A stretch of 64,000 bases of DNA. Source: Arcobacteraceae bacterium. GTDB lineage: Bacteria > Campylobacterota > Campylobacteria > Campylobacterales > Arcobacteraceae. A program made the position numbers and the translations under genes. The notes below the pieces were generated by a model. That model saw only the letters and a program-made list of their open reading frames with translations. It was not told the origin of the DNA and did not search any database. The stretch spans positions 32,001 to 96,000 of the forward strand of contig CBDCZH010000010.1 of assembly GCA_965224485.1 (NCBI GenBank), written 5' to 3'. How positions within the stretch are numbered: position 1 is the first letter of the stretch; every line of letters begins with the position of its first letter. Shown in pieces: positions 1-9,125 of this stretch.

Positions 1-600
1 CATACCACCAAAAGTTACGTATATAATCATCATTACACCAACAAGTATTACTGCGTATTCGTATTCAAGTCCAAATAAAACCTGAATAAGTTTTCCACTT
101 CCTACCATTTGAGCAATTAAATATAAAGTAACAACTGATAAAGAACCAAAAGCAGCTAGAGTTCTAATTTCTTTTTGACCTAGTCTAAAAGCCGCAATAT
201 CAGCAAAAGTAAATTTACCTAAGTTTCTTAATTTTTCAGCCATTAAAAATAAAATAACAGGCCAACCAACTAAAAATCCAACAGCATAAACTAAACCATC
301 ATAACCTTTTAAATATACAAGTCCAGAAAGTCCCAAAAATGAAGCAGCACTCATATAATCACCAGCAATTGCCATACCATTTTGAAAACCTGTAATTCCA
401 CCACCAGCTGTATAAAAATCACTAGCAGATTTTGTTTTTTTAGCTGCCCAATAAGTAATACCTAAAGTAGCACCTATAAAAATAAAGAACATTATAATTG
501 CTGGAATATTAATATCTCTTTTTGAAGCTTCAAAAGTAGCATCTCCTGCTGAAAATGCACTTAGTGCAAAAATTGCAATAATAGCTAATATTTTAAACAT
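1..600 (-). CDS. actP: Cation/acetate symporter (sodium:solute symporter family), 5' part only; runs off the window start
   Basis: Not in ORF track. Manual translation from ATG at 600: [19 protein letters not shown]...[30 protein letters not shown]...[11 protein letters not shown]...[10 protein letters not shown], typical ActP motifs. ATG overlaps the upstream stop (TAATG). Confidence 0.9.
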   Translation of the reverse strand, partial: MFKILAIIAIFALSAFSAGDATFEASKRDINIPAIIMFFIFIGATLGITYWAAKKTKSASDFYTAGGGITGFQNGMAIAGDYMSAASFLGLSGLVYLKGYDGLVYAVGFLVGWPVILFLMAEKLRNLGKFTFADIAAFRLGQKEIRTLAAFGSLSVVTLYLIAQMVGSGKLIQVLFGLEYEYAVILVGVMMIIYVTFGGM

Positions 601-914
601 TATAATAAATCCTTTACATCTTCTTTGATCTGGTTTGTTAAATCTTCAAACTCACCATTTGCTCTTCTTACGTAAATAAGTGTAGTTATAAAACTAATAA
701 CAATAATAGCCGCTGCTATTGGAAATGCTATAGTCATAACTCCATCACCAATTTTTATACCTAAAAGTGCGGGATCAAATGCAATTGTTAAGATAAATGC
801 ATAAAACATAATTAAAACAAAAATTGAAAGTTTTAAAGAAAAACTTGTTCTTTTTTTGATTAATTCTTGATACTTGGGATTAGCTTTGATTTTTTCAACT
901 AATTCATCATTCAT
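600..914 (-). CDS. DUF485 (YjcH-like) small membrane protein, ActP partner
   Basis: 104 aa, NPKYQEL...two TM helices...[11 protein letters not shown]; coupled to actP; GGAGG RBS. Confidence 0.85.
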   Translation of the reverse strand: MNDELVEKIKANPKYQELIKKRTSFSLKLSIFVLIMFYAFILTIAFDPALLGIKIGDGVMTIAFPIAAAIIVISFITTLIYVRRANGEFEDLTNQIKEDVKDLL

Positions 915-1080
915 ATTTCTTCCTCCCCAGGATTTTATATAATTTTAAATAAACTATGTAATACAGTGCTTATATAGCAGTAAAATAGTATTTAAAAAAC
1001 ATTTATATTATACATATTTAAAATTATAAGTAAGTATTTAAAGTAAAATGTTTAAAAATTATTAAAAAAAAATACTTGGG

Positions 1081-1121
1081 GTAACTTTAGGTTACAAGAA
1101 AGATAGCATTAACGTAGCATT
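1081..1121 (-). promoter_or_regulatory. Candidate operator region: GTAAC-N5-GTTAC inverted repeat and TAGCATT-N4-TAGCATT direct repeat
   Basis: gtaactttaggttac at 1081-1095; TAGCATT at 1104-1110 and 1115-1121 (11-bp period); minus-strand TATAAT at 1023-1028. Confidence 0.5.
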
Positions 1122-1155
1122 GGGAAATAATTAAATTTTTTTTAGTAATAATTAT

Positions 1156-1788
1156 TTATGGTTTATAAAAAGTACTATTTGCTTGACGTAATTCTTTTAC
1201 TTTTAAAAAAATCATTGAAGTCATAATTGCATCATTTAAAGCATCATGTTTTCCAAGTTCAGGAATATCTAGTGTTTTCATAATAGTATCAAATTTTAAA
1301 TCTACAAAAGCATACTCAGAATTTCTAGGTCTAGTTTTATAATACATGGAACTTACTTCTATTGATTCATTAGGTAGTTTAATTCCTAAGTACTCTTTTG
1401 TATATTTAGAAATAATAGCAATATCAAATTTTATGTAATAACCAACTATGCTTCTATTTCCAATAAATTTTAAAAGTTGATAAATAGCATCTTTAGGTTC
1501 TAAAGCATTTTTCAAATCAATAGGTCTTATTTGGTGGATTTTAATTGATTCTTCTTTTATGCTATTTGATGGTTTTACAAAAACATTAAAGGTATTTCTC
1601 ATTAGAATCTTATTGTTTTTTATAATAACAGCTCCAATAGAGAGTATTTCATCTTTTTTAGGATTTAAGCCTGTTGTTTCACAGTCTAAACAAACATATT
1701 CATTTGAAGATGGTGTATCAAATAAATATAAATAGTTTTTATCTAATAGGTTCTTTTTATTCCAATTTTTTAAAAAGTTTTTTAACAT
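1156..1788 (-). CDS. DEDDh 3'-5' exonuclease (DNA polymerase III epsilon-like)
   Basis: Motifs LDCETTG, GYYIKFD, HDALNDA; ATG overlaps the upstream stop (TAATG). Confidence 0.88.
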   Translation of the reverse strand: MLKNFLKNWNKKNLLDKNYLYLFDTPSSNEYVCLDCETTGLNPKKDEILSIGAVIIKNNKILMRNTFNVFVKPSNSIKEESIKIHQIRPIDLKNALEPKDAIYQLLKFIGNRSIVGYYIKFDIAIISKYTKEYLGIKLPNESIEVSSMYYKTRPRNSEYAFVDLKFDTIMKTLDIPELGKHDALNDAIMTSMIFLKVKELRQANSTFYKP

Positions 1789-3605
1789 TATGAAATCTTA
1801 TCAATTTTAAAACTATAAGAAATAAACTTTTTGAAAGAATTTACAATTTGAAAACTATCTTTTAATAAATCTCTCTCAATTTTACCTAAAGTATGGGTAT
1901 CAATACTGTTATTGATACTTTTTTTATCTTGTATTTGTGCTAGGTGTGATTTTAATCTTAAAGTATTTAATACTTCAAAAGCTTCAAGAAGCTCATTTGC
2001 CATCTCATTTTGTAGAACTTTCTTTTCAGTTAAAATTTTAATTCTTTTTACTGTTGTTGTTTCTCTGATTTTTTCTCTTAAAGCTAAAGATCTTATACCT
2101 TGAACAATTGGGAATACACCAGTTTTTTTAATATCTATTAAATGCTTTTTTGTCATAAAACTAGCAACGGTTCTTGGTGTATCAAAGGTTAATGTTGATT
2201 TTGCAAAATAAGCTAAAAAAACATCTTTGTCATGAAGTTTCTCAAATAAGTCATCTTTTAATTTAATTAATAAATCTTTTTCTCCTGCAACTGCAAAAGA
2301 GTCAAAGAAAATAGCCAAGTCCATATAATTTTGCATATCAGGTGCCTCAATCCATCTTGCTGTCTCTTTTTTATAATCTTCAACCCTTTTACACCAAAAA
2401 GGATTTGAAACCATTATGTTTCCCTCACATCTAGGATAACCAAAATCTATTAGTGCTTCGGTTATTTTCTTTGCATAAGGGGTGTATAATGAGATTTCTA
2501 TTCCATCTTGAATTACTAAAGCATTGTCTTGATCAGTTTTAATAATTTGTTCATTTCTTCCTTCACTTCCCATAACAATAAAACAGCAAGTTTTTAATAA
2601 ATCTTTTGGAATAATTAATTCACATAATTTTTTATATACTTTGGTATTAAGCTGTCCTATTAAGTTTGAAATATGATTTACTTTTACACCTTTTGCTTGC
2701 ATTGTTTTAATTATATTCATTAAAGAAATACTCGCAAGTTTTAACTCTTCTAGGTTTTTTGATTTTTTGATTTTTGTATCAACTACATTTGTATGGTTTG
2801 CAAAATGTGACAAAACATCAATTTGTTCTAAAATACCTATTAATTCATCTTTTGAATTAAGTACAGCAACTCTTTTTATATTTCTTTTGATTAATAAAGA
2901 TAAAGCATCAAATAAATAATCGTCATTATAAACATATAATAAAGGGAAAATAGCAATTTCACTAACTTTTATATTTAAATCTCTTCCTTCTAATAATACT
3001 TTTACTTTTAAAAGTGAATCTGTAATTATTCCATAAGAATTATCATGTTTTTTTACTATAATAGTAGAAGTTTTAAACTCCATTGATTTTTTAATTGCAT
3101 CAAGAAGTTTTGTATCTTCTTCTACTACACAAGCATCATGTACTATTGTATCTTCAACTTTATCTAGCATAAAAGTAGTTAAAGCAGATGTATATTCTTT
3201 ATCTTTAAGAACTTGAAACTTGTTAACTAAATTATTTAAGAAAAAATCTTTAAATTTTAAATTTGTTTCAAGTAATTGTAAAAAAGTATTTTTTTCTAGT
3301 TCATAACAAATAAGATCTTCATGTACAATAAAAGTAGTTTTGCATTTTGAATATATTAAAGAGTTTGCATCAAAAGAATCTTCTTGATGAAAATCCATTA
3401 AAATTTCACCATCTTTCATCTCATGAACACTTCCTTTTATAATAATAAAAAAATGATCATGTATTTTTTCAGGGCTAATTAAAATAGCATTTTTTGGATA
3501 ATAAGCTATGTCCATATGTTTGATACACTTATGTAACTCTTCTTGATTTAATTCTTCAAATGGATGAATATTTGATAGAAACGATTGTTGATCTCTTAGG
3601 CTCAT
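1788..3605 (-). CDS. cNMP-binding + CBS pair + DUF294 nucleotidyltransferase + substrate-binding domain protein
   Basis: N-terminal cNMP-like fold (IHPFEEL...FFIIIKGSV), CBS repeats (YGIITD, IGILEQID), NTase motif MGSEGRNEQ..TDQDNAL, CEGNIMVSNPFW, IDIKKTGVFPIVQGIR. Confidence 0.88.
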   Translation of the reverse strand: MSLRDQQSFLSNIHPFEELNQEELHKCIKHMDIAYYPKNAILISPEKIHDHFFIIIKGSVHEMKDGEILMDFHQEDSFDANSLIYSKCKTTFIVHEDLICYELEKNTFLQLLETNLKFKDFFLNNLVNKFQVLKDKEYTSALTTFMLDKVEDTIVHDACVVEEDTKLLDAIKKSMEFKTSTIIVKKHDNSYGIITDSLLKVKVLLEGRDLNIKVSEIAIFPLLYVYNDDYLFDALSLLIKRNIKRVAVLNSKDELIGILEQIDVLSHFANHTNVVDTKIKKSKNLEELKLASISLMNIIKTMQAKGVKVNHISNLIGQLNTKVYKKLCELIIPKDLLKTCCFIVMGSEGRNEQIIKTDQDNALVIQDGIEISLYTPYAKKITEALIDFGYPRCEGNIMVSNPFWCKRVEDYKKETARWIEAPDMQNYMDLAIFFDSFAVAGEKDLLIKLKDDLFEKLHDKDVFLAYFAKSTLTFDTPRTVASFMTKKHLIDIKKTGVFPIVQGIRSLALREKIRETTTVKRIKILTEKKVLQNEMANELLEAFEVLNTLRLKSHLAQIQDKKSINNSIDTHTLGKIERDLLKDSFQIVNSFKKFISYSFKIDKIS

Positions 3606-3635
3606 TTATGTCCTTTATATGTGATAGTACTTTTA

Positions 3636-3657
3636 TATGATAAATAAGTTTATCATA
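3636..3657. promoter_or_regulatory. Palindrome TATGATAAA-TAAG-TTTATCATA upstream of the NTase gene
   Basis: Perfect 9-bp arms next to a candidate minus-strand -10 (TACTAT, 3624-3629). Confidence 0.4.
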
Positions 3658-3660
3658 AAA

Positions 3661-3700
3661 AAATACTGAAAAATACTGAAAAATACTAAAAAATACTAAA
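3661..3700. repeat. 4 x 10-bp tandem repeat AAATACT(G/A)AA
   Basis: aaatactgaa aaatactgaa aaatactaaa aaatactaaa. Confidence 0.9.
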
Positions 3701-3731
3701 AAAGCCTGTATGTTTTCATACAGGCTTTTTT
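3698..3731 (-). terminator. Rho-independent terminator after the symporter gene
   Basis: AAAAAAGCCTGTATG-TTTT-CATACAGGCTTTTTT perfect hairpin with A/T tails. Confidence 0.85.
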
Positions 3732-3773
3732 ATTTCTTTTTAAGAGGCAAGAAAATCTTGCCAAAGCCAAAAT

Positions 3774-5654
3774 CTAATGATCGTGTGCTTCACCAACCCC
3801 AGATGGGATTCTGATGCTTTCAACTAAATCTTGAATCTCTTGTGGAGGTTCAGGAGTCATTCTAGAAACAACATAAGCAACTATTAGATGTAATAATGTA
3901 CCAATAGTACCAATTCCAGAAGGAGCAATTCCAAATAAATAATCAGCCTTGTCTCCGCCTAAGAATACAAAGTATACGATATATCCAAATGTGAAGATTA
4001 AACCAGTTAAAATACCAGCAATAGCACCTTCTTTATTCATTCTTTTATCAAAAACACCAAGTATAATTGTAGGGAAGAACGCCGCAGCTGCTAGACCAAA
4101 GGCAAAAGCAACAACTTGGGCAACAAAACCAGGAGGATTTATTCCTAGATACCCTGCGACACAAATAGCAGCTACTGCTGAGATTCTTGCCCACATTAAC
4201 TCTGATTTCTCACTTAACGTTGATTTTCCAGTCTCTTTATCTTTAAAGATTACTTGACCCATTAAATCATGTGAAATAGCAGATGCAATTACAAGTAATA
4301 ATCCTGCTGCTGTAGATAATGCTGCTGCTAGACCACCAGCTGCAATGAATGCAATAACCCAGTTAGGTAAGTTTGCAATTTCAGGATTCGCTAGAACCAT
4401 AATATCTCTATCAACATAAAGTTCATTTTCAATTTTTCCTGAATTAGCAGAAGCTACACCATTTGTAGTAATTCTGTGTCCATCTTCAGCTCTTTTATTT
4501 CCGTCAAATACAGGTTTACCTTTAGCGCCTTCAAAAGCTCTTCCTGTTCCATATTGAATTTTACCATCGCCATTTTTATCATTCCAAGCGATTAATCCAC
4601 CATTTTCCCAAGTTTTAAACCAGTTTCCATTATTAGAAGAACCGTCTGAATGTTTAACTTCACCAGCAACAAATGCTTTATATTCAACATTTTGTAAGTT
4701 TTTAATTAAGTTAACTCTTGAGAATGCAGCAACTGAAGAAATAGTTGTATACATAATAGCAATAAACAATAAAGCCCAACCAGCAGATATTCTTGCATCT
4801 TTAACAGTAGGTACTGTAAAGAATCTAACAATAACGTGAGGTAAACCAGCAGTTCCTAACATTAAAGCAGTTGTTAACATAAACATATTCCATAAGTTTC
4901 CAGATTGAGTATATTCATTAAAACCTAAGTCTGATATAGCAGTATCAAGAGCATATAAAAGATAAGTTCCTTCTGGAATAACTTGAACACCTGAATCAAA
5001 TGCAAAAGTAGTAGTTGCGAATAATCCTAATTGTGGTAAGAATGTATCAGTAACTTGAAGTGAAAGGAAAATTGCAGGAATCATATATGCAAAAATCATA
5101 ACAACATATTGTGCAACTTGTGTATAAGTAATACCTTTCATTCCACCTAAAACAGAGTAGAAAAATACTATACCCATACCAATAAGAACACCAGTATTTA
5201 CATCAACTTGTAAGAATCTTGAGAAAACAATCCCAACCCCTCTCATTTGACCTGCTACATATGTAAATGATATAAAGATTACGGCAACAACTGCAACAGT
5301 TCTTGCTACATCTGAGTAATATCTATCTCCAACAAAATCAGGAACAGTAAATTTACCAAATTTTCTCAAATATGGTGCTAAAAGCATAGCTAGTAGAACA
5401 TATCCACCAGTCCAACCCATTAAGTAAGCTCCACCATCACTTCCTTTAAAAGAAATAATACCAGCTAATGAGATAAATGACGCGGCACTCATCCAATCTG
5501 CTGCTGTTGCCATACCATTTGCAACTGGATGAACTCCACCACCTGCTACATAAAACTCTTTAGTTGAACCAGCTTTTGCCCATAAAGCAATACCAATATA
5601 AACTGCAAAAGAAACACCTACAAATAGGTAAATTAAAGATTGTAATTCCATCAT
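3774..5654 (-). CDS. Sodium:solute symporter, VC_2705-like subfamily (ActP paralog)
   Basis: EFYVAGGGVHPVANGMATAADWMSAASFIS, LRKFGKFTVPDF, GTAGLPHVIVRFFT, NPEIANLP; soluble insert with DKNGDGKIQY. Confidence 0.9.
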   Translation of the reverse strand: MMELQSLIYLFVGVSFAVYIGIALWAKAGSTKEFYVAGGGVHPVANGMATAADWMSAASFISLAGIISFKGSDGGAYLMGWTGGYVLLAMLLAPYLRKFGKFTVPDFVGDRYYSDVARTVAVVAVIFISFTYVAGQMRGVGIVFSRFLQVDVNTGVLIGMGIVFFYSVLGGMKGITYTQVAQYVVMIFAYMIPAIFLSLQVTDTFLPQLGLFATTTFAFDSGVQVIPEGTYLLYALDTAISDLGFNEYTQSGNLWNMFMLTTALMLGTAGLPHVIVRFFTVPTVKDARISAGWALLFIAIMYTTISSVAAFSRVNLIKNLQNVEYKAFVAGEVKHSDGSSNNGNWFKTWENGGLIAWNDKNGDGKIQYGTGRAFEGAKGKPVFDGNKRAEDGHRITTNGVASANSGKIENELYVDRDIMVLANPEIANLPNWVIAFIAAGGLAAALSTAAGLLLVIASAISHDLMGQVIFKDKETGKSTLSEKSELMWARISAVAAICVAGYLGINPPGFVAQVVAFAFGLAAAAFFPTIILGVFDKRMNKEGAIAGILTGLIFTFGYIVYFVFLGGDKADYLFGIAPSGIGTIGTLLHLIVAYVVSRMTPEPPQEIQDLVESIRIPSGVGEAHDH

Positions 5655-5660
5655 CGTCTC

Positions 5661-5915
5661 CTATTCGTGAACGCCGTATTTTTCATCAATTTTTGTCATT
5701 ACTCTTACGTAAACAAAAATTAAAACTACAAATACATAAATTGCACCTTGTTGGGCAAACCAAAATCCTAATTTAACACCAGATATTTCAATAGCGTTAA
5801 GTTCATTAATAAATAAAATTCCACAACCGTAAGAAACAACAAACCAAACAACTAAAAGTTTAAGTATCATTGAAATGTTTTCTTTCCAATAGGCCTGAGC
5901 TTTTTCTGGACTCAT
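5661..5915 (-). CDS. DUF4212 small membrane protein, symporter partner
   Basis: AYWKEN...LGFWFAQQGAIYVF; start moved to ATG 5915 (MSPEKA), which follows AGGAG. Confidence 0.85.
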   Translation of the reverse strand: MSPEKAQAYWKENISMILKLLVVWFVVSYGCGILFINELNAIEISGVKLGFWFAQQGAIYVFVVLIFVYVRVMTKIDEKYGVHE

Positions 5916-5981
5916 CTCTTCTCCTTTGAATTTGAGCGTATTCATGAATAATAAATTATTCATTTCTAATTAAACATGGTA

Positions 5982-6016
5982 AGTATAGGAACAGTAAATA
6001 GCAAAAAGATAGCAAT
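5982..6016 (-). promoter_or_regulatory. Promoter (-10 TATACT) with upstream TAGCAA-N5-TAGCAA direct repeat
   Basis: Minus-strand TATACT at 5982-5987; TAGCAA at 5999-6004 and 6010-6015 (11-bp period). Confidence 0.55.
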
Positions 6017-6083
6017 TGAAATATTTTGTAAAAGAATTTGTAAATTTAGGAAATAATGAAAGTTAAGAGGGCTAAGCAGGGGT

Positions 6084-6746
6084 TTAAGTAGAATAATACC
6101 TATCTATTTTATACCCTAAACCTCTAATATTTTTAATGAAATCTTCTTTTAAAACTTTTTTAAGTCTTGAGATTTCTGCTCTAATTGTTGGGTTGTCAAT
6201 ATCTTCAGCATCCCAAACATCAACTCTAAATCTTTCAAAATCAACTATCATATTAATATTAAGAGCTAAAATATTAATAATCTCTAATTGTTTTTTGGTT
6301 AAGTTTTGATGCTCTGCATTGAAGTATAAAATTTTTGTATCTTTAGAATACGAGTAGTTTTCTGAAAATCTCATATGTGAAGTTTTTTGCTGATCTTTTT
6401 TAAGTATCTGGTTTATTTTAATTCCTAATTCTTCTAAGTGAAAAGGTTTTTTAATATATTCTCTACACCCAAGTTCATAACCTTTTGTTAAATCTTCAAT
6501 ATCAGAAAGTGCAGTTGTATAAATAGTTGGTATGAAAATTTGCTTATCATTAAGTTCTTTTAAAACTTCAAAACCACTTTTATTAGGTACATTTACATCT
6601 AAAATTAATAAATCATAAGAATTATCAACTTCATCTATAACTTTTTGTCCATCATTAAAACTCTGAACCATATGTCCTATATTAATCAAGTACTCACTTA
6701 TTGCTTTATTTAAAAGTAATTCATCTTCAAGAAGTAATATTTTCAT
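6084..6746 (-). CDS. OmpR-family response regulator
   Basis: MKILLLEDE, LLILDVNVP, KKPF, winged helix IRAEISRLKK...IKNIRGLGYKI; start set at ATG 6746. Confidence 0.92.
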   Translation of the reverse strand: MKILLLEDELLLNKAISEYLINIGHMVQSFNDGQKVIDEVDNSYDLLILDVNVPNKSGFEVLKELNDKQIFIPTIYTTALSDIEDLTKGYELGCREYIKKPFHLEELGIKINQILKKDQQKTSHMRFSENYSYSKDTKILYFNAEHQNLTKKQLEIINILALNINMIVDFERFRVDVWDAEDIDNPTIRAEISRLKKVLKEDFIKNIRGLGYKIDRYYST

Positions 6747-8307
6747 TTGTTTCAAACCTATAATTAAATTTTGTCTCTTTGTTAGTTGAAGTTAATGTAA
6801 TTATAACCTTATTCTTATCACATATCTCTTTTACTATTCTTAATCCTAAACCAAAACCACCACGTGCATGATTTTCTCTATAAAAGTCATTAAATATTTT
6901 ATCTGGATTATCAATTTTTTGAGATTTTGTTTTAACCTCAAAACTAATTCCATTATCATCTTGTAGTAGTTTTATAAAAATTGGTTCATCTTTAAAAGAG
7001 TATTTTATTGCATTTGAAACATTATTATCAATAATTCTTGTTAAAAGAGTATTGTTAAAAGGTATATAAATTGCATCTTGTATATTTGTGACAAAAAATA
7101 GTTCATTAGCACTTGCTATTTCATTAAAAAACTCTAGTCTTTGTTTTAAAGAATCTGTAAAATTGATATTTTCTTTTTTGTAAGTAACCCTATCTTTTTT
7201 AATTAAGTAGGATAAGTCATCATAAATATATTGAATCGTTTTGACTCCACATTGTATATTTCTAATATAAGTATTTGAATTATCTTTCATTCTTAGTAAA
7301 TCTATATTTGTTTGAATAATTGCTAAAGGAGTATTTATTTCATGCACTGAATTCTTTAAAAATTGTTTTTGAGAATCAATTAAAGCAAGTAGTTCTTTGT
7401 TCTGTCCTTTAATTGTATCTTCTAAACTCGTATTTAAATCTTCTAACATAGTGGTTTTAACTTTCATTTTATCCATTGCATCACGTGCAAAGTTTGCAAT
7501 TACTTTAAACTCTCCAAAAATAATCTTACTTTGATTGGGTTGTACATCTTTATTTTGGGATTCTTTTAAATATTTGCCAATTTCTTTTACATCATTTACT
7601 ATTAATATTGTTGCATTTTTATAAATAAAAATAGAGTATAAAACAAGCATAATAGTAAGTGATAATATTTGTAGAATATAATTTGAGATTTTTTGGTCAT
7701 ATTGTTCTTTTTTTTGCCTTACTAATTTGTCAATTTCATCTAAATAAACACCTTTCCCAATAGTCCAATTCCAAGGTTTATAGGATAGGGCATACGATAT
7801 TTTAGGAACATCTCTTTTTAGTTCTGGTTTATACCACAAGTACTGAACAAAACCTCCTGCTTTATCTTTTGAAACATCAATTATCTCTTTAATAACTTTT
7901 ATACCATTTTCATCTGTAAATTCATATAAGTTTTTACCAATATTTTTTTTTGAAAGAGGATAATATATTGAAAGTCCAGCATAATTATAAATAAAAATAT
8001 AATCATTTATATTTTGTCTGTTTTTCATTTGATTTATGGCGTCTAAAATGTCTTTTTTTATTTGATTTTGGGATTTTGTATTTTTAAATTTATTGTTATA
8101 ATAGTGAATAAAATTTAGAGTTTTTTCAATATCAGTTCTAATAGCATCTTTTTGTTTTGAAATATAATCTGATTTTATAATTTCAATTTTTTCTTGAAAC
8201 TCATCAAAGGCATTATCTATTATTATGAAAGTAAAAGAAGATATTAAAATTATTATAAAAATAATACTATAAAGAATTAAGTGGTAAAGAGATTTTGCTT
8301 TTATCAT
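6727..8307 (-). CDS. Sensor histidine kinase with periplasmic single Cache (sCache_2-like) domain
   Basis: Two TMs around YIFIY...IGKN...GGFVQYLWYKP...PKISY...WNWTIGKGVY; H-box VHEINTPL; N-box NNVSNAIKYS; GGFGLGL. Confidence 0.9.
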   Translation of the reverse strand: MIKAKSLYHLILYSIIFIIILISSFTFIIIDNAFDEFQEKIEIIKSDYISKQKDAIRTDIEKTLNFIHYYNNKFKNTKSQNQIKKDILDAINQMKNRQNINDYIFIYNYAGLSIYYPLSKKNIGKNLYEFTDENGIKVIKEIIDVSKDKAGGFVQYLWYKPELKRDVPKISYALSYKPWNWTIGKGVYLDEIDKLVRQKKEQYDQKISNYILQILSLTIMLVLYSIFIYKNATILIVNDVKEIGKYLKESQNKDVQPNQSKIIFGEFKVIANFARDAMDKMKVKTTMLEDLNTSLEDTIKGQNKELLALIDSQKQFLKNSVHEINTPLAIIQTNIDLLRMKDNSNTYIRNIQCGVKTIQYIYDDLSYLIKKDRVTYKKENINFTDSLKQRLEFFNEIASANELFFVTNIQDAIYIPFNNTLLTRIIDNNVSNAIKYSFKDEPIFIKLLQDDNGISFEVKTKSQKIDNPDKIFNDFYRENHARGGFGLGLRIVKEICDKNKVIITLTSTNKETKFNYRFETNENITS

Positions 8308-8384
8308 GAAATTATCCTATATAAATAATTAAACATAATAACTAAAGTTGTGTAAGAAAAAGGTTAGGTGATTACTAAAATAAG

Positions 8385-8461
8385 TGGCGCGGTAGAAGGG
8401 ACTCGAACCCTCGACCTCCTGCGTGACAGGCAGGCGTTCTAACCAACTAAACTACTACCGC
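8385..8461 (-). tRNA. tRNA-Asp(GTC)
   Basis: Acceptor GCGGTAG/CTACCGC, anticodon GTC, TTCGA T-loop, encoded CCA. Confidence 0.97.
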
Positions 8462-8546
8462 GCTTGAAAATAACGAATAATTATATTCGTAAGTCACTAA
8501 AATGAATCTTAAAAATCTATGCTCCTGCATAATATGACTTTTAAAA

Positions 8547-8622
8547 TGGTGGTCAATAGAAGACTCGAACTTCTGACGTCTACCTTGTAAGGGTAGCGCT
8601 CTACCAACTGAGCTAATCGACC
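8547..8622 (-). tRNA. tRNA-Val(TAC)
   Basis: Cloverleaf, anticodon loop CTTACAA, CCA end. Confidence 0.97.
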
Positions 8623-8670
8623 TCTTTAAACTAGTTCTAAACCGTAAACACTGTTATCGGCATAATTAAT

Positions 8671-8745
8671 TGGTGATCCCTAGGGGATTCGAACCCCTAT
8701 GGTAGGAATGAAAATCCTAAATCCTAACCATTAGATGAAGGGACC
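8671..8745 (-). tRNA. tRNA-Glu(TTC)
   Basis: Anticodon stem TAGGA/TCCTA, loop TTTTCAT, CCA end. Confidence 0.96.
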
Positions 8746-8783
8746 ACAAATAAATTTATATTTTATAAAATAAATTATAAAAT

Positions 8784-8859
8784 TGGTGACCCGTGATGGA
8801 TTCGAACCATCGGCCACCTCCTTAAAAGGGAGATGCTCTACCAGCTGAGCTAACAGGTC
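8784..8859 (-). tRNA. tRNA-Lys(TTT)
   Basis: Anticodon loop CTTTTAA, CCA end. Confidence 0.97.
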
Positions 8860-8870
8860 ACAAGATAAAA

Positions 8871-8947
8871 TGGCGCGGTAGAAGGGACTCGAACCCTCGA
8901 CCTCCTGCGTGACAGGCAGGCGTTCTAACCAACTAAACTACTACCGC
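8871..8947 (-). tRNA. tRNA-Asp(GTC), second copy
   Basis: Same sequence as 8385-8461. Confidence 0.97.
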
Positions 8948-9035
8948 GCTTAAAAATAACGAATACTTAAATTCGTAAGTCACAAAATAAAAAATCTTAA
9001 AAATCTATGCTCCTGCATAATATGATTTTTAAAAA

Positions 9036-9111
9036 TGGTGGTCAATAGAAGACTCGAACTTCTGACGTCTACCTTGTAAGGGTAGCGCTCTACCAACTGA
9101 GCTAATCGACC
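9036..9111 (-). tRNA. tRNA-Val(TAC), second copy
   Basis: Same sequence as 8547-8622. Confidence 0.97.
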
Positions 9112-9125
9112 GTTGACATTTAATA

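Noticed and set aside
5916..5963. N-terminal extension of the DUF4212 ORF given in the track
   Set aside because: The AGGAG RBS sits before ATG 5915 and family-like sequence starts there
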